A DNA stretch of 56,728 bases from a virus (lineage: Duplodnaviria; Caudoviricetes), in IMG/VR virus record IMGVR_UViG_3300017963_000058, positions 1-56,728 of that record; one strand, written 5' to 3'. The first letter of the stretch is position 1. Every line of letters starts with the position of its first letter. Below are positions 20,675-30,695 of the stretch, piece after piece. Under the pieces are notes generated by a model. It saw only the letters and a list, made by a program, of their open reading frames with translations. It did not search any database and had not been told where the DNA came from. A program made the position numbers and the translations under genes.

Positions 20675-21019
20675 CTAAGTATAAATATTTTCTTGATTAT
20701 TTATCGTATCATAAAATTCTTGAAAATCAGTTGGTAAATTATCTGGTGGTAATATCTTTAATGGTCTGTCGTATATTTCGCCTACTTCGAGATAAAGACA
20801 ACCTATTGGTAATGCTCCTTCTTTTTTTGCGTCTTCAATGTTTTTACAATTCTTATTTATTTCAAACCTATTTTCGTATATCGTACACGACATGGTTTCA
20901 GTATCTAAATATTGACAATGATGATTTGTAAGGATTAAATTCAAATTTAATTCTTCAATATAATAAGAATGAAAACAACACAATCCTTTTATTGGGCATT
21001 CGTTACATAAATCTTCCAT
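20675..21019 (-). CDS. YkgJ/YcgN-like cysteine-cluster protein
   Basis: CxxC...GLCC, CQYLD...CTIYENR...C...LPxGC. Confidence 0.75.
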   Translation of the reverse strand: MEDLCNECPIKGLCCFHSYYIEELNLNLILTNHHCQYLDTETMSCTIYENRFEINKNCKNIEDAKKEGALPIGCLYLEVGEIYDRPLKILPPDNLPTDFQEFYDTINNQENIYT

Positions 21020-21062
21020 GATAAAGAATAAGAAAAAAAAATATAAAAATTTAAGGTTTGGT

Positions 21063-21437
21063 TTAATGTTTTTGTCCAGTTCCTCTAGGTATATAGGAAA
21101 TTAACGCAATACCGTTTAAATCAGCCGTTTGATAAATATTGATTGTCCTATCACCAGTTATCACGAATTCTCCTGCTCCGTCGGGGGCAACTCCGGGAGA
21201 CATTTGACCAGATGGGAGAAAAACAAACGATAAATCGTTGGCTGGGGTTTCAGATTCAATGAGAACTATGCTGAGAATTGGAGATTGTAAACTTCGGTCT
21301 ATTGCGGGATACTGGCTATTAAGAGTAAGGGTTTCGACACCAGCAGCACCGGTCGAAGTGTGAGCAACAGCTACGGTAATAGCTCTTGCAAAATCTTTTC
21401 CACTTGGACTTTTCGGGGTAGTTATTGGATCTGCCAT
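21063..21437 (-). CDS. Beta-rich putative virion protein
   Basis: SD GGGGTGAT; rich in small residues and beta strands; coupled to the 173-aa gene. Confidence 0.6.
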   Translation of the reverse strand: MADPITTPKSPSGKDFARAITVAVAHTSTGAAGVETLTLNSQYPAIDRSLQSPILSIVLIESETPANDLSFVFLPSGQMSPGVAPDGAGEFVITGDRTINIYQTADLNGIALISYIPRGTGQKH

Positions 21438-21450
21438 TTAATATCACCCC

Positions 21451-21972
21451 TTAAACCAGAAGTTGTTTTCTAGGACCAATCAAGAACGCAAATGGATAAA
21501 CAACACCAGTCAAGTCAATACCAGAAGCATTATACACTATCCAAGCAATCTTGTCGTTTTCTTTGGCGAAAACTACTTGCTGTGGTTCAATGTATAAGTG
21601 CTGGTCGCAATTATAACAGAATCGAGCCATGATTTCTTGACGCTTTATTCCTTCTAGGTCAATTTCAAGAATGCCGTTTGCTCCTAAATCAAGTTCGGTG
21701 TACCAACCTAAGCTGATAACGCCTTGTCCGATAGGTACTCTCTGAGCTGCTGATTGAGCTAAAAGATACTCGTCAGTTGCGTTAGTGTATTCAGCAGAAT
21801 AAGTTTCTGCCGTTCCACCAATAACTTGATCGTTTGGTCGAATCAAACGAGCTGCAATGTCTTCTAAAGGCACGGATTTGTTATAACCACTAACTACGAC
21901 ACGATATTCATCAATAATAGCCATGATCGTGTCGTAAATTTCTGGATCTTTGGTTAAAAAATATCCTAACAT
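21451..21972 (-). CDS. Candidate single-jelly-roll major capsid protein
   Basis: 173 aa; N-terminal helix then about 8 alternating beta segments, ending VVYPFAFLIGP; heads an operon in the structural module; fold is inferred. Confidence 0.4.
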   Translation of the reverse strand: MLGYFLTKDPEIYDTIMAIIDEYRVVVSGYNKSVPLEDIAARLIRPNDQVIGGTAETYSAEYTNATDEYLLAQSAAQRVPIGQGVISLGWYTELDLGANGILEIDLEGIKRQEIMARFCYNCDQHLYIEPQQVVFAKENDKIAWIVYNASGIDLTGVVYPFAFLIGPRKQLLV

Positions 21973-22096
21973 TTCTGAATCACTTCTTTTTTAATTTTTA
22001 ATAAGGTTTGTTTTATTTTTGATAGATTTATTATTTAAAATACGATTTACAACATATTTAAATATGATGAAAAAGTATCTATATTTGTAGATAAAG

Positions 22097-22372
22097 GTGA
22101 TATTTATATATCGTTTTACGAAAGCTCCTAAAAACCATTTATTTGCTTATAAAAATGGTCAAATGCTTGAACATAGACTTGTAATGGAACAATTCTTAGG
22201 TCGTTATCTCAAACCCGAAGAAGTAGTACATCATAGAAACGGAATTAAAACAGATAATCGAATAGAAAATCTAAAAATATTTAAAAACAATAAAGAACAT
22301 ATTGAATATCACGATTCGCTACAAGAAGAAAAAATAAAAAGGTTTAATGTATATTGCCATTTGATACGATAA
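22097..22372 (+). CDS. HNH endonuclease (core only)
   Basis: EHRLVME...VVHHRNGIKTDNRIENL. Confidence 0.85.
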   Translation: MIFIYRFTKAPKNHLFAYKNGQMLEHRLVMEQFLGRYLKPEEVVHHRNGIKTDNRIENLKIFKNNKEHIEYHDSLQEEKIKRFNVYCHLIR

Positions 22373-22602
22373 AAGATGCCATGATAAAAGAAATGATAAA
22401 TTATTTCTTGGTTGATGTCGATAACTTGACTAAATATATTCAAAAAGCCAATTTTCAATACCAAACTTATATTCAAACTGGATTTGCTATTCAAGCTAAT
22501 AAAATTAAAAATGCCGTGAATTATTTAATTGGAAGAAAGAATCAAGCAAATAACTTTATCTTATTTCTTAAAAGAGAATTAAAAGGAAAAATCCCGCCAT
22601 GA
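22354..22602 (+). CDS. Hypothetical protein
   Basis: Overlaps both the HNH and AbrB genes in a + strand cassette. Confidence 0.55.
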   Translation: MPFDTIKDAMIKEMINYFLVDVDNLTKYIQKANFQYQTYIQTGFAIQANKIKNAVNYLIGRKNQANNFILFLKRELKGKIPP

Positions 22603-22808
22603 AAATATTAGGTAATGCTCCAATATATCAAAAAGGAAAAATTACTATTCCAAAAAAGGTAAGAAAACATTTAAAAATTGAAGCTGGGGATAGTGTAATT
22701 TTTGAACTCAGGACTTTAAATAATTACGAAAGCATCGTTATCCTCTCAAAAAACGAACTAGAGGAAGAAAAAAAAAGATTCATTACTTATGCTGCTAATA
22801 AGGACTAG
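22599..22808 (+). CDS. AbrB/SpoVT-family DNA-binding protein
   Basis: KGKITIPKKVRKHLKIEAGDSVIF. Confidence 0.85.
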   Translation: MKILGNAPIYQKGKITIPKKVRKHLKIEAGDSVIFELRTLNNYESIVILSKNELEEEKKRFITYAANKD

Positions 22809-23818
22809 CCTTGATTAACTCCCGATTTGCGAAATCTATTCTTGGCTTGAAAACCTTTTCCGAATTTGCTTACATCCTTGAATCTCTTGCTTGTATCTTG
22901 GTAGCCAAAATCGTCTGCTGTTTGTGCGACGGCATGAAACCCTCGTTTTAAAGCTAAAGACCCACGACCACCTGCTGGACCAGTTCCTTCGCTTACTCTA
23001 ACTCTTTTTTTGTTAGCAAGTGATTGTACCATGTAAGACGCATTACCGAAAATATTTCCAAGTTTATAACCGAGTCTAGTTGCTCCGACAGCATTTCCAA
23101 TGTTTTCCATTGATTGTTTTACTGCTGCTGGATCTTTAAACATTGAATCGGCAACACCATAAAAACTCCTGTTTTTGATTGCTCCCTTGAGAATGTTTAT
23201 ATCTTGAGCCATTTCATTCAATTGCTCTGGCGTTGGGTCAAAAACATTGGCAATATAATTGGCAAAAAAGGTTATCCATTCGCTTTTCATATTAGGCGAT
23301 TTCATGAACTTGTTTACGGCAGCCACACCACCAGCACCTATGCCTAACGACAATAGTTTTTTCCATAGTGTCTTTAAACCCATATCCATTGGAAATCGTG
23401 AAATATTGGCTAAAGACTGCATGATAATCTCTTCTGATGTACTACGATTATCAGTTATAACTGTTCCTAGCTTCGGAATTTTACCAAAAAGGTTTACAAT
23501 AGATAGACTCTTATTTTTAAGTGCCATACTTTTATAATTGTTTTCTCTATTTATAAATTTTAAGTTCTTAGTCCCTATTTTACATAACGGGCAATTATCG
23601 TATTTCTTCAAGATTCTTTTCATATCTTTATGAGAATAAGCTGATTTTGAATATTGAACTTGTATGAGCTTGTATTTTCCCAATCCAGACGCTCCCCAAC
23701 TAAAAAGGATGTCCGAATTATTTTTCCCTTTTTTATAAGTAGTTTTTTCATACGGTAGGTCAATATTTTCTTCGATGATTACAATCCAATGATTCCCAAT
23801 TGAATCTAATTTTGCCAT
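22805..23818 (-). CDS. Basic, possibly membrane-associated virion protein
   Basis: 337 aa; hydrophobic LLSLGIGAGGVAAV; basic tail; own TATA box. Confidence 0.7.
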   Translation of the reverse strand: MAKLDSIGNHWIVIIEENIDLPYEKTTYKKGKNNSDILFSWGASGLGKYKLIQVQYSKSAYSHKDMKRILKKYDNCPLCKIGTKNLKFINRENNYKSMALKNKSLSIVNLFGKIPKLGTVITDNRSTSEEIIMQSLANISRFPMDMGLKTLWKKLLSLGIGAGGVAAVNKFMKSPNMKSEWITFFANYIANVFDPTPEQLNEMAQDINILKGAIKNRSFYGVADSMFKDPAAVKQSMENIGNAVGATRLGYKLGNIFGNASYMVQSLANKKRVRVSEGTGPAGGRGSLALKRGFHAVAQTADDFGYQDTSKRFKDVSKFGKGFQAKNRFRKSGVNQG

Positions 23819-23852
23819 TAATAAAATAAAGGGATTAATAAATATAAAAAAA

Positions 23853-24272
23853 TTAGGTTTTTTTCTCTTCTTTTTTAAGTTCTTTTATTTCTTCTTGGTC
23901 AAATATTGATGGCATTTGGATTTTATGTCCATTAGTTTTTTTGGATTTTGATGGTCGCTTTATTGGTTGATTTTTAGCGTCAAATAGAGTTTCTAAAGAT
24001 TCAGTAATCATGTCTAATCCATATTCGTTAAAACAATACATGTTTATAATTTCTTGATTGATTGCCGTTAAAATCGAAAGAACTATGGCAATTTGCTTGA
24101 AATCATCGCCTTGTAAAATCCAATTTCCATCTTTTTCCGTGATGTCGATTTTTATGAGTTCGTTTATCCATTCTAATAACTTTTGTAATTCCTCGTCTTC
24201 GGGTTTTGAAATGACAAGACTAATCTCGTCTTTTTCGCTTTCTTTTATATCAATTGTAAATATAACTTTCAT
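23853..24272 (-). CDS. Hypothetical protein
   Basis: 139-aa ORF with TATA box 22 nt upstream. Confidence 0.75.
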   Translation of the reverse strand: MKVIFTIDIKESEKDEISLVISKPEDEELQKLLEWINELIKIDITEKDGNWILQGDDFKQIAIVLSILTAINQEIINMYCFNEYGLDMITESLETLFDAKNQPIKRPSKSKKTNGHKIQMPSIFDQEEIKELKKEEKKT

Positions 24273-24314
24273 ATTTTAAATATTGATAGTTAATATAAAA
24301 AGGTAAAACAAAAA

Positions 24315-24347
24315 AAGTTAATTTAAGTTAAATTAAGTTAATTTAAC
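24315..24347 (-). repeat. TTAA-periodic element, copy 2
   Basis: Reverse complement is identical to 42655-42687 over 33 bp. Confidence 0.85.
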
Positions 24348-24688
24348 TTTGGTTCGATCTTCTTTTTTAGATTATCAGCTTCTTTTATTGCTTTTTCTAT
24401 TTCTTCTTTAGCTTCTTTCGGTAATTCAGCCATGATTTCTTTTCTTCTTTTTTCTATGCTTTTCTTTCCTATTGTTTTTCTCATTGGAGGCATTTCTTTT
24501 TCTTGCTGTTTTTTTTTGGTTATTTCTTGATTGAGTTTATTCCTTAAAAAACCAATCGTGCCTTCTACTCTTTCTATGTTTCTAAATATCTGATTTAACT
24601 GTTCTTGCGTGGTATTCCGTATTTCAATTAGCCGTACTCGTTGTTGTTCTAATAGAGAAATTTCTCTTTCTAAATCTATATCTGTCAT
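24338..24688 (-). CDS. Coiled-coil protein
   Basis: Heptad pattern; TTTAAATA box upstream. Confidence 0.75.
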   Translation of the reverse strand: MTDIDLEREISLLEQQRVRLIEIRNTTQEQLNQIFRNIERVEGTIGFLRNKLNQEITKKKQQEKEMPPMRKTIGKKSIEKRRKEIMAELPKEAKEEIEKAIKEADNLKKKIEPKLN

Positions 24689-24730
24689 ACTTAAAATATT
24701 GTATGATAATATTTAAAGGAACTTCAAAAA

Positions 24731-25300
24731 TTAAACTCTTTTTGCTTCCACATCGTGATAAATAGGTTCTATTATATGAGCTGGTGGTGGCTCGGTAGAA
24801 ACAATGTTATCTACATCAATGACATTTCTCTGGTCAGTTGCATTAACGCTTCGGTCGTAAAATTTTAGATTTGTATTATTTCCTAAATCTTGTCCATTCC
24901 ATACTTCTATTTCAATTCCGTGAGAAGCATCACAATATTGAAATTTAATTCCAAATACAATGGCTTCATCATTAACTTTTAAACCAAAAGGAGCTGGTGT
25001 AAGACTTAAAACACCTCTTAATTGTGGTTTGACATATTCATCTCCAATACCTATAAATTTATCAATATCGTATAATAATTGGGGAGTTAATGTTTGCTTT
25101 CTGAAACTATGTGTTGCTCCTCTACCTTCTATTACGAATTTTTTACAAGTAAATCCTTCCACAAATTGAGAGTTCCCAGCGCGAAAAGGTAATGAAAATA
25201 GATAGATTTTATTATATTGCGGATCGTCATACCCTCCCCCACCACCGCTATAAATCCTCTGCATCCTATATTGTACATTAAATAATGGTACTATTCCCAT
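24731..25300 (-). CDS. Putative virion protein
   Basis: SD GAGGT; last gene of the structural operon; beta-rich. Confidence 0.65.
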   Translation of the reverse strand: MGIVPLFNVQYRMQRIYSGGGGGYDDPQYNKIYLFSLPFRAGNSQFVEGFTCKKFVIEGRGATHSFRKQTLTPQLLYDIDKFIGIGDEYVKPQLRGVLSLTPAPFGLKVNDEAIVFGIKFQYCDASHGIEIEVWNGQDLGNNTNLKFYDRSVNATDQRNVIDVDNIVSTEPPPAHIIEPIYHDVEAKRV

Positions 25301-25311
25301 ATTTTTTTACC

Positions 25312-26931
25312 TCATGGTGGTGGTATTATGATTATTTCTCTTCCTAATGGAGCAAGTATCAAACATCCCTCGTCTGGTTGGCAATCTAGCTGTCCGCCTA
25401 TTCCTGCATACGCAAAATAAAAATCCCAAGAACCTCTAATTACATGATAATTATTTCCTACCTTGATGGTAATGGTATCGTTAGAAAAAGCGTTAGTATG
25501 CACATTGAAATTTATTCTAACCCACATTTGAACATTTTCGGTTTCGCAATCGAATTCAGCATCTTCGATGTTATCGCTTGGAAATTCCACTCCACCGTTA
25601 AATTCGTGTAATCCACCGTTTTCTAACTGTAATACTTGGTCGGCAATGCTATACTCAATTTCAAACTTACATCCATTCTCGTATTTTCTCGGATTCAAAA
25701 ACACTCTTGCTTCTTCGTATCCAGAACCTTCTATTTCTACATAAGCGTATGTAACGGCAATATCGCCTTTATCAGCTCCGCCACCTATTACTAAATTCAC
25801 TTCAAGTTTCAATCTCATTTGGTTTAATTTGGTAAGATTGTCAATGACTCCCGATAAATCTGTCGAGAAAGTCAAATCAGCGTAAGTAGTAGAATTTGTA
25901 AAAGCAGTTCCGCCATCTTGCCAAATAGAACCATCCCATAAATACCCTTTTAAAGCTATTAAAGTTGCCGTTCCGCCAGTTCCAGCTATTAGCTTGATTT
26001 TTGCGTGAATTCTTACCTTTGTCGGAGTTATTGAAAGATAAGAACCATCCATGTCTTCAAAATCGTAATATTCGTCATATAATCCAACACTTGGGTCATC
26101 AGCAGGAATTGAAATGTAATTCACATCTCCATCGTCATCATCTAAATACGGAGATGTGCCGTGATGAGTCCAATCTTGATTTACATTAGTCCAGCCATCA
26201 ACTTCTTGGTCATCGTTAATGCTTATTGCTCCGTCTTCTTCAATGTAAATCCTGAAAAAAGAACAGCCAATTGTTCCAGTTGTTGGAACACTACTGTTCT
26301 TGTCGTAATAATAAAAAATTCTTCCAGTACCGTCAATAGTTCCAGTAAAAGTACCCCAAGTTCCAGTCAAATCAATTCTAGTTACAGTCACAGCAGCTTT
26401 ATTAATTGTAAAAGTTCCAGTAACGCTAAATTCTTGATATACAGTAGCAATAGAAAGTTTAGTTCCGCTAAAAGTATAATCTCCGCTTATCGTTAAATGC
26501 TGAAATGTTGCCGAAGCCGTGCTATTCCACACATAAGTTTTACTCGTACCAGACAAAATCACTTCGTGATCTCTTCCAGTTCCAGTACCAATTGCTATCT
26601 GTCCACTTCCAGAAGACGAGATATTTCCTTTTATTTCAACTATATAATTCGGACCACCTGCTGCTCCAAAATACCCTCCATCACAAGCTAAATCTCCGTT
26701 CACGGTCATGTTCGTGCCAAATATAACTGATTCTGTCATTGATGCCGTGCAATAAAAATTATTACTCACGGCATCGGAAGAAGCAAAACAAAAAGAATAT
26801 CCATTGCCGTCAAAATAAACATCGTCAGAAGCAGTAGGAATACCAGCACCACCAGCTCCCCCACTTACAGAAGCCCAATTGTTGTTATCGTGCCAATTTG
26901 TATCGACACCTACCCAGTATCTATCTGCTAT
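25312..26931 (-). CDS. Beta-rich virion/adhesin-like protein, about 539 aa, probable ATA start
   Basis: Frame is open 54 codons upstream of the called GTG, to ATA 26931 placed 7 nt after SD GAGGTGA; gives (M)ADRYWVG...W...NW...SGGAGGAGIPTASDDVYFD. Confidence 0.75.
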   Translation of the reverse strand: MADRYWVGVDTNWHDNNNWASVSGGAGGAGIPTASDDVYFDGNGYSFCFASSDAVSNNFYCTASMTESVIFGTNMTVNGDLACDGGYFGAAGGPNYIVEIKGNISSSGSGQIAIGTGTGRDHEVILSGTSKTYVWNSTASATFQHLTISGDYTFSGTKLSIATVYQEFSVTGTFTINKAAVTVTRIDLTGTWGTFTGTIDGTGRIFYYYDKNSSVPTTGTIGCSFFRIYIEEDGAISINDDQEVDGWTNVNQDWTHHGTSPYLDDDDGDVNYISIPADDPSVGLYDEYYDFEDMDGSYLSITPTKVRIHAKIKLIAGTGGTATLIALKGYLWDGSIWQDGGTAFTNSTTYADLTFSTDLSGVIDNLTKLNQMRLKLEVNLVIGGGADKGDIAVTYAYVEIEGSGYEEARVFLNPRKYENGCKFEIEYSIADQVLQLENGGLHEFNGGVEFPSDNIEDAEFDCETENVQMWVRINFNVHTNAFSNDTITIKVGNNYHVIRGSWDFYFAYAGIGGQLDCQPDEGCLILAPLGREIIIIPPP

Positions 26932-26945
26932 TGTGTTTTCACCTC

Positions 26946-28163
26946 TTACGATGCCAATAATAATTTCATTTTTAATGATACTGTCTGTGCTGAACTAAAA
27001 GCAATTCTAAGATAGACATTTGTACCGTCTTCGGTATTGAATAAATCTCTTGAATGAAATTCTGCTACATTGACAAGACCAGTATTAACAGCATGACTAT
27101 CAACATTATCTTCGGCAACCATCGTACTAGCTATGGTTTTTAACCGTGCCAATTCTCCATCGTCTAAAAACATTACTAATTCGTGTATGCTAAAATCAGT
27201 ATGGTCGTCTGGAATTATGTTTGCATCTGAACCCGTAGTTGCAGTATCCAACTCGGTATAAACGAGCTTTTTTCTGAATCGAAAAATCAAATTTTCTCCG
27301 TGTTTTGCTGATTCGGCATAAAAAGATACTGTCGCCCATTCAACAAACCCAGCTCCCGGATCGGCATCAATATATAATCGACCCCTTAAAACCCTACGGA
27401 TTTCATTGGAAATATCAATTGTAACATCTTCCGAAGCAGAAGCAGAAAAATCTATGTCAATATTTAATTCAGAATCATCTACCGTGTAAAAAATCCCACT
27501 AACTTCGTCATCTACATATTTCTTGGTTGCGTAATCTTGGTCTAATAGGGGATCTAACGCATCTCTAATTCGATGGCTATCCATGTCAATATCAGCATCA
27601 GCATGACCGTCAGAACCAAAAATATCGTTTATAGCTGCTCTCGATTCAGCATCAGTATATCTGACATGGTGTTGAGATGTTAATACATTTGTAAGAGAAG
27701 CGTGGTCTTTTTCGTTTAAATCTGCTAGATTAATTTCGCTTGAAGTGGTTTTCGTGTGGTGATCTGATGCTCCGATACTACCTAAATCGTTGTGGTTTAT
27801 GTTTGCTGGAACGACATCAATTTCCAATTCCTCGTTTCCAGCGGGATTATTTATGTTTTTAGATAATTTATTGCTTCCGAGAAGTAATTTATCGTTCAAA
27901 TAACTTGGAGTAGTATCTGTTCCTCTTACTCCAACTTTCTCGTCAGTTGAAACATTATTAACAAATTCAAGACCATCCTCTAAACCATTCACTCCAACAG
28001 TTTTCCCAGCTTGTCCAGAATAACTATCTGGTGTATCAGAATGTTCAATAAAGGTATCGTTTGCTTCGATTGAAGCTAAAAGGTCTTTTATTGCTTTAAT
28101 TACCTTAATATCTACATTTTCATTTAACATTAAGTTTTTTAGTTTTTCAGACAGGTTTCTCAT
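26946..28163 (-). CDS. Fibre-like virion protein
   Basis: DTPDSYSGQAGK, HHVRYTDAE (shared with the spikes) and DQDYATKKYVD fibre-type motifs. Confidence 0.75.
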   Translation of the reverse strand: MRNLSEKLKNLMLNENVDIKVIKAIKDLLASIEANDTFIEHSDTPDSYSGQAGKTVGVNGLEDGLEFVNNVSTDEKVGVRGTDTTPSYLNDKLLLGSNKLSKNINNPAGNEELEIDVVPANINHNDLGSIGASDHHTKTTSSEINLADLNEKDHASLTNVLTSQHHVRYTDAESRAAINDIFGSDGHADADIDMDSHRIRDALDPLLDQDYATKKYVDDEVSGIFYTVDDSELNIDIDFSASASEDVTIDISNEIRRVLRGRLYIDADPGAGFVEWATVSFYAESAKHGENLIFRFRKKLVYTELDTATTGSDANIIPDDHTDFSIHELVMFLDDGELARLKTIASTMVAEDNVDSHAVNTGLVNVAEFHSRDLFNTEDGTNVYLRIAFSSAQTVSLKMKLLLAS

Positions 28164-28665
28164 CTCTTATTGTGTATTTAACCATGATTTCATCAAATAC
28201 AGCACCAGAGATCGTGTTTATATCAATTCTAAACCCTTTCTTGAAATGAAAATTGCGTATGCTTAAGTAATATCTTTGGGTATCACTTTCGTATAATGCA
28301 GAGATGTTTTGAAGATAATCACTATTGGTAGAAAAATACGAATAGGTCTTGTCATATACAACATTACCGTCTATTGCGAGAAATAATCCGAAATCTGAAT
28401 TCTGTACCGTTAATAATATTTGTTCTATATTTCCCTTACCAGATGTTTCTATAACCTTATATGATTTATCTACTGTTTGATTATTCAATATTCTTGTTTT
28501 TGTAGTATATACATCAAAATCAAGTTTAATATTTCTTATTTTTTCGTCAATAATATCTTCTATTTCGTTTCGATTTGTTATGCCACCAGCTTCCGAGAAA
28601 CTTATGATTTTACCCTCTAACTCTGTTGCTCTTTCGTCTAATATGCTTTCTACTATTTCAGCCAT
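28147..28665 (-). CDS. Beta-sandwich paralog C (candidate jelly-roll minor capsid protein)
   Basis: GKGNIEQILL...IDGNVVYD...YYLSIRNFHFKKGFRIDI aligns with 30692-31297 and 31284-31892. Confidence 0.7.
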   Translation of the reverse strand: MAEIVESILDERATELEGKIISFSEAGGITNRNEIEDIIDEKIRNIKLDFDVYTTKTRILNNQTVDKSYKVIETSGKGNIEQILLTVQNSDFGLFLAIDGNVVYDKTYSYFSTNSDYLQNISALYESDTQRYYLSIRNFHFKKGFRIDINTISGAVFDEIMVKYTIRDEKPV

Positions 28666-28722
28666 CTGTTCTGCTGTAAGACTCTGGTCTTTTCTGTATT
28701 TTAATCTTTTTTGATTTTTTTT

Positions 28723-28941
28723 TTATTCTTCTATTTTTTTTTCAGCATCTCTTATTACCATTAACCCTTTTATTAACATCTCTCGTTGTTTTTCTATATC
28801 ATCGTAAAGCACTCGCATTTTTAAATCTAACTTGGACACGGCTTCGTGGACATTCCCATTGTTTCTATCCATGTGTTCTTCTTGAGTTTTTAACAATGCG
28901 GCAAGTTGGTCAATGGTGTTATCTTTTTTAGGACTGAACAT
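28723..28941 (-). CDS. Coiled-coil protein, in frame with 28147-28665
   Basis: TATA 23 nt upstream; a single TAA then 19 sense codons to the next ATG. Confidence 0.7.
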   Translation of the reverse strand: MFSPKKDNTIDQLAALLKTQEEHMDRNNGNVHEAVSKLDLKMRVLYDDIEKQREMLIKGLMVIRDAEKKIEE

Positions 28942-29009
28942 AATTTAAAATAGAGCAAATAAATATAAAAAGTTAAGTCAAAAAAGAAAAAAAAATAAAA
29001 AAATTTAGA

Positions 29010-29522
29010 TTAAGGCGTGTATTTATATCCAGATAGAAATCCAGCTAAATCTTCTCCATTAGCTTGAACCGTGTCCATAAAGCCAGTTATACCAGCAAGG
29101 TGTAAATAAACAGAAGCACTCCCCTCTGAATTATCTACGATTAAGAACGGTTCTTTGCTTTGGTCAGCAATTACTTGTGTACCAGTAATTAATGCTGCCC
29201 ATAATTGAGTGTATCCAGCAACACCAGAAAGAGGAGCAGCAAAAACAGCCGTAGTCGTGGCAATCTGAATGCCTTTTGCTCCCGTTTCGGAAGTACAAGT
29301 GATATGATATATTTCTAAAATTTCACCAGCTTCGACTTCAATCTCAACCAGAGATATATCATTAGCTCCAGCAGGGTCAGCCGTGCCAAATCCATTAACC
29401 TTATTAGCAGCTTTCCAGTTTTTATCTCTACCAAAAATTAGTTTGCCGTTTTTATCAAGTGCCATCTTGATAAATTTCACTAATTTTTGCTCTCCTACAA
29501 TGCTTTCAATAATATCTACCAT
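29010..29522 (-). CDS. Beta-rich putative virion protein
   Basis: SD GGAGGTGG; Ala/Gly/Thr-rich with beta pattern. Confidence 0.65.
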   Translation of the reverse strand: MVDIIESIVGEQKLVKFIKMALDKNGKLIFGRDKNWKAANKVNGFGTADPAGANDISLVEIEVEAGEILEIYHITCTSETGAKGIQIATTTAVFAAPLSGVAGYTQLWAALITGTQVIADQSKEPFLIVDNSEGSASVYLHLAGITGFMDTVQANGEDLAGFLSGYKYTP

Positions 29523-29524
29523 TT

Positions 29525-30013
29525 TTAACCACCTCCACCTCCTCTTGCATAGTCAGTCACCGTAGTAACTACGGCTGGTCTTTCTGTCAATTGCTTGACG
29601 GTATATTTCCAACCAAAAAACCAAAATGTTCCAGTTACAGCATATCCTTTTGGATTATAAACATTAAAAGCTGGGTAATAAGGATTCATTATCCACATTG
29701 GAGCTTTAATTCCTGCGGGATAAGAAGCTAAAATATTATCTAATCGTTGGGTTATGCCGTGTGGCGACCAATGGGGTACGCCTTCTGGAAATTGGAGTTG
29801 GAATGTAAGATAACCATCAACAGCTACTCTTAGAATTTGATATAGAAATTCACGGTTAGGTTGTAAATCGTCATCAAATTTTTGAGTAGTTGCTGTAACT
29901 GTGGCAAGAGTAACTTCTTTTTTATAAATAAGCAAGTCTTTAGAAGTGATCTGAAAGTACATATCGCCTATTTGGATGTTTTCACCGATTTTAATTCCAT
30001 CTTCATCGATCAT
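29525..30013 (-). CDS. Candidate single-jelly-roll capsid protein
   Basis: 162 aa, all-beta pattern, ends PAFNVYNP...TGTFWFFGWKYTV; fold is inferred. Confidence 0.4.
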   Translation of the reverse strand: MIDEDGIKIGENIQIGDMYFQITSKDLLIYKKEVTLATVTATTQKFDDDLQPNREFLYQILRVAVDGYLTFQLQFPEGVPHWSPHGITQRLDNILASYPAGIKAPMWIMNPYYPAFNVYNPKGYAVTGTFWFFGWKYTVKQLTERPAVVTTVTDYARGGGGG

Positions 30014-30089
30014 TTTAAAAACCTTTTTAATGTGTTATATAACTACTGGTTGTCGTTAAATTTAAATATTTAGGTGATTTTATTTACTT

Positions 30090-30695
30090 ATGATAGAACT
30101 TCCGACTCTGCATTGTAAACGATGTAATCATTTTTGGAATCCGAGAATGAAAAAAATACCGAAAAAATGTCCGAAATGTAAATCATCAAGTTGGAATATA
30201 GACAAAAAATCATATCACGATAAAAAATGGCTAAAAAATCAATATATTACTTTAGAAAAATCTACAAGAGAAATTGCTAAAGAACAACAAGTAGATAAAA
30301 AAACCATTACGAATTGGCTCAATAAGTTTAAAATTCCGATAAGGCACGGAAAAGAAGCATATACAGAAAGAGTTAAAGAAAAAATATCTGTTTTTATGAA
30401 AGAAAATGCTCCGATGAAAGGAAAACCATGTCCTAATAAAAAAGATTCTGTAATCAGTTCAGATGATTATATTTTAGTTTATTTGCCTAATCATCCTTTT
30501 TCAATGACACAAGGTTATGTTAGAGAACATAGATTAATAATGGAACAGCATTTAGGTCGATATTTAAAACCCGAAGAAAGAATACATCATATTAACGGAG
30601 ATAGAAAAGATAATAGAATAGAAAACCTGCTCTTATTTGCTTCTGAATCCCAACATCAACAATATGAACACGAAATTAAGAAAAGAATATTTTAG
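30090..30695 (+). CDS. HNH homing-type endonuclease with Zn ribbon and HTH
   Basis: CKRC...CPKC; STREIAKEQQVDKKTITNWL; EHRLIME...IHHINGDRKDNRIENL. Confidence 0.88.
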   Translation: MIELPTLHCKRCNHFWNPRMKKIPKKCPKCKSSSWNIDKKSYHDKKWLKNQYITLEKSTREIAKEQQVDKKTITNWLNKFKIPIRHGKEAYTERVKEKISVFMKENAPMKGKPCPNKKDSVISSDDYILVYLPNHPFSMTQGYVREHRLIMEQHLGRYLKPEERIHHINGDRKDNRIENLLLFASESQHQQYEHEIKKRIF

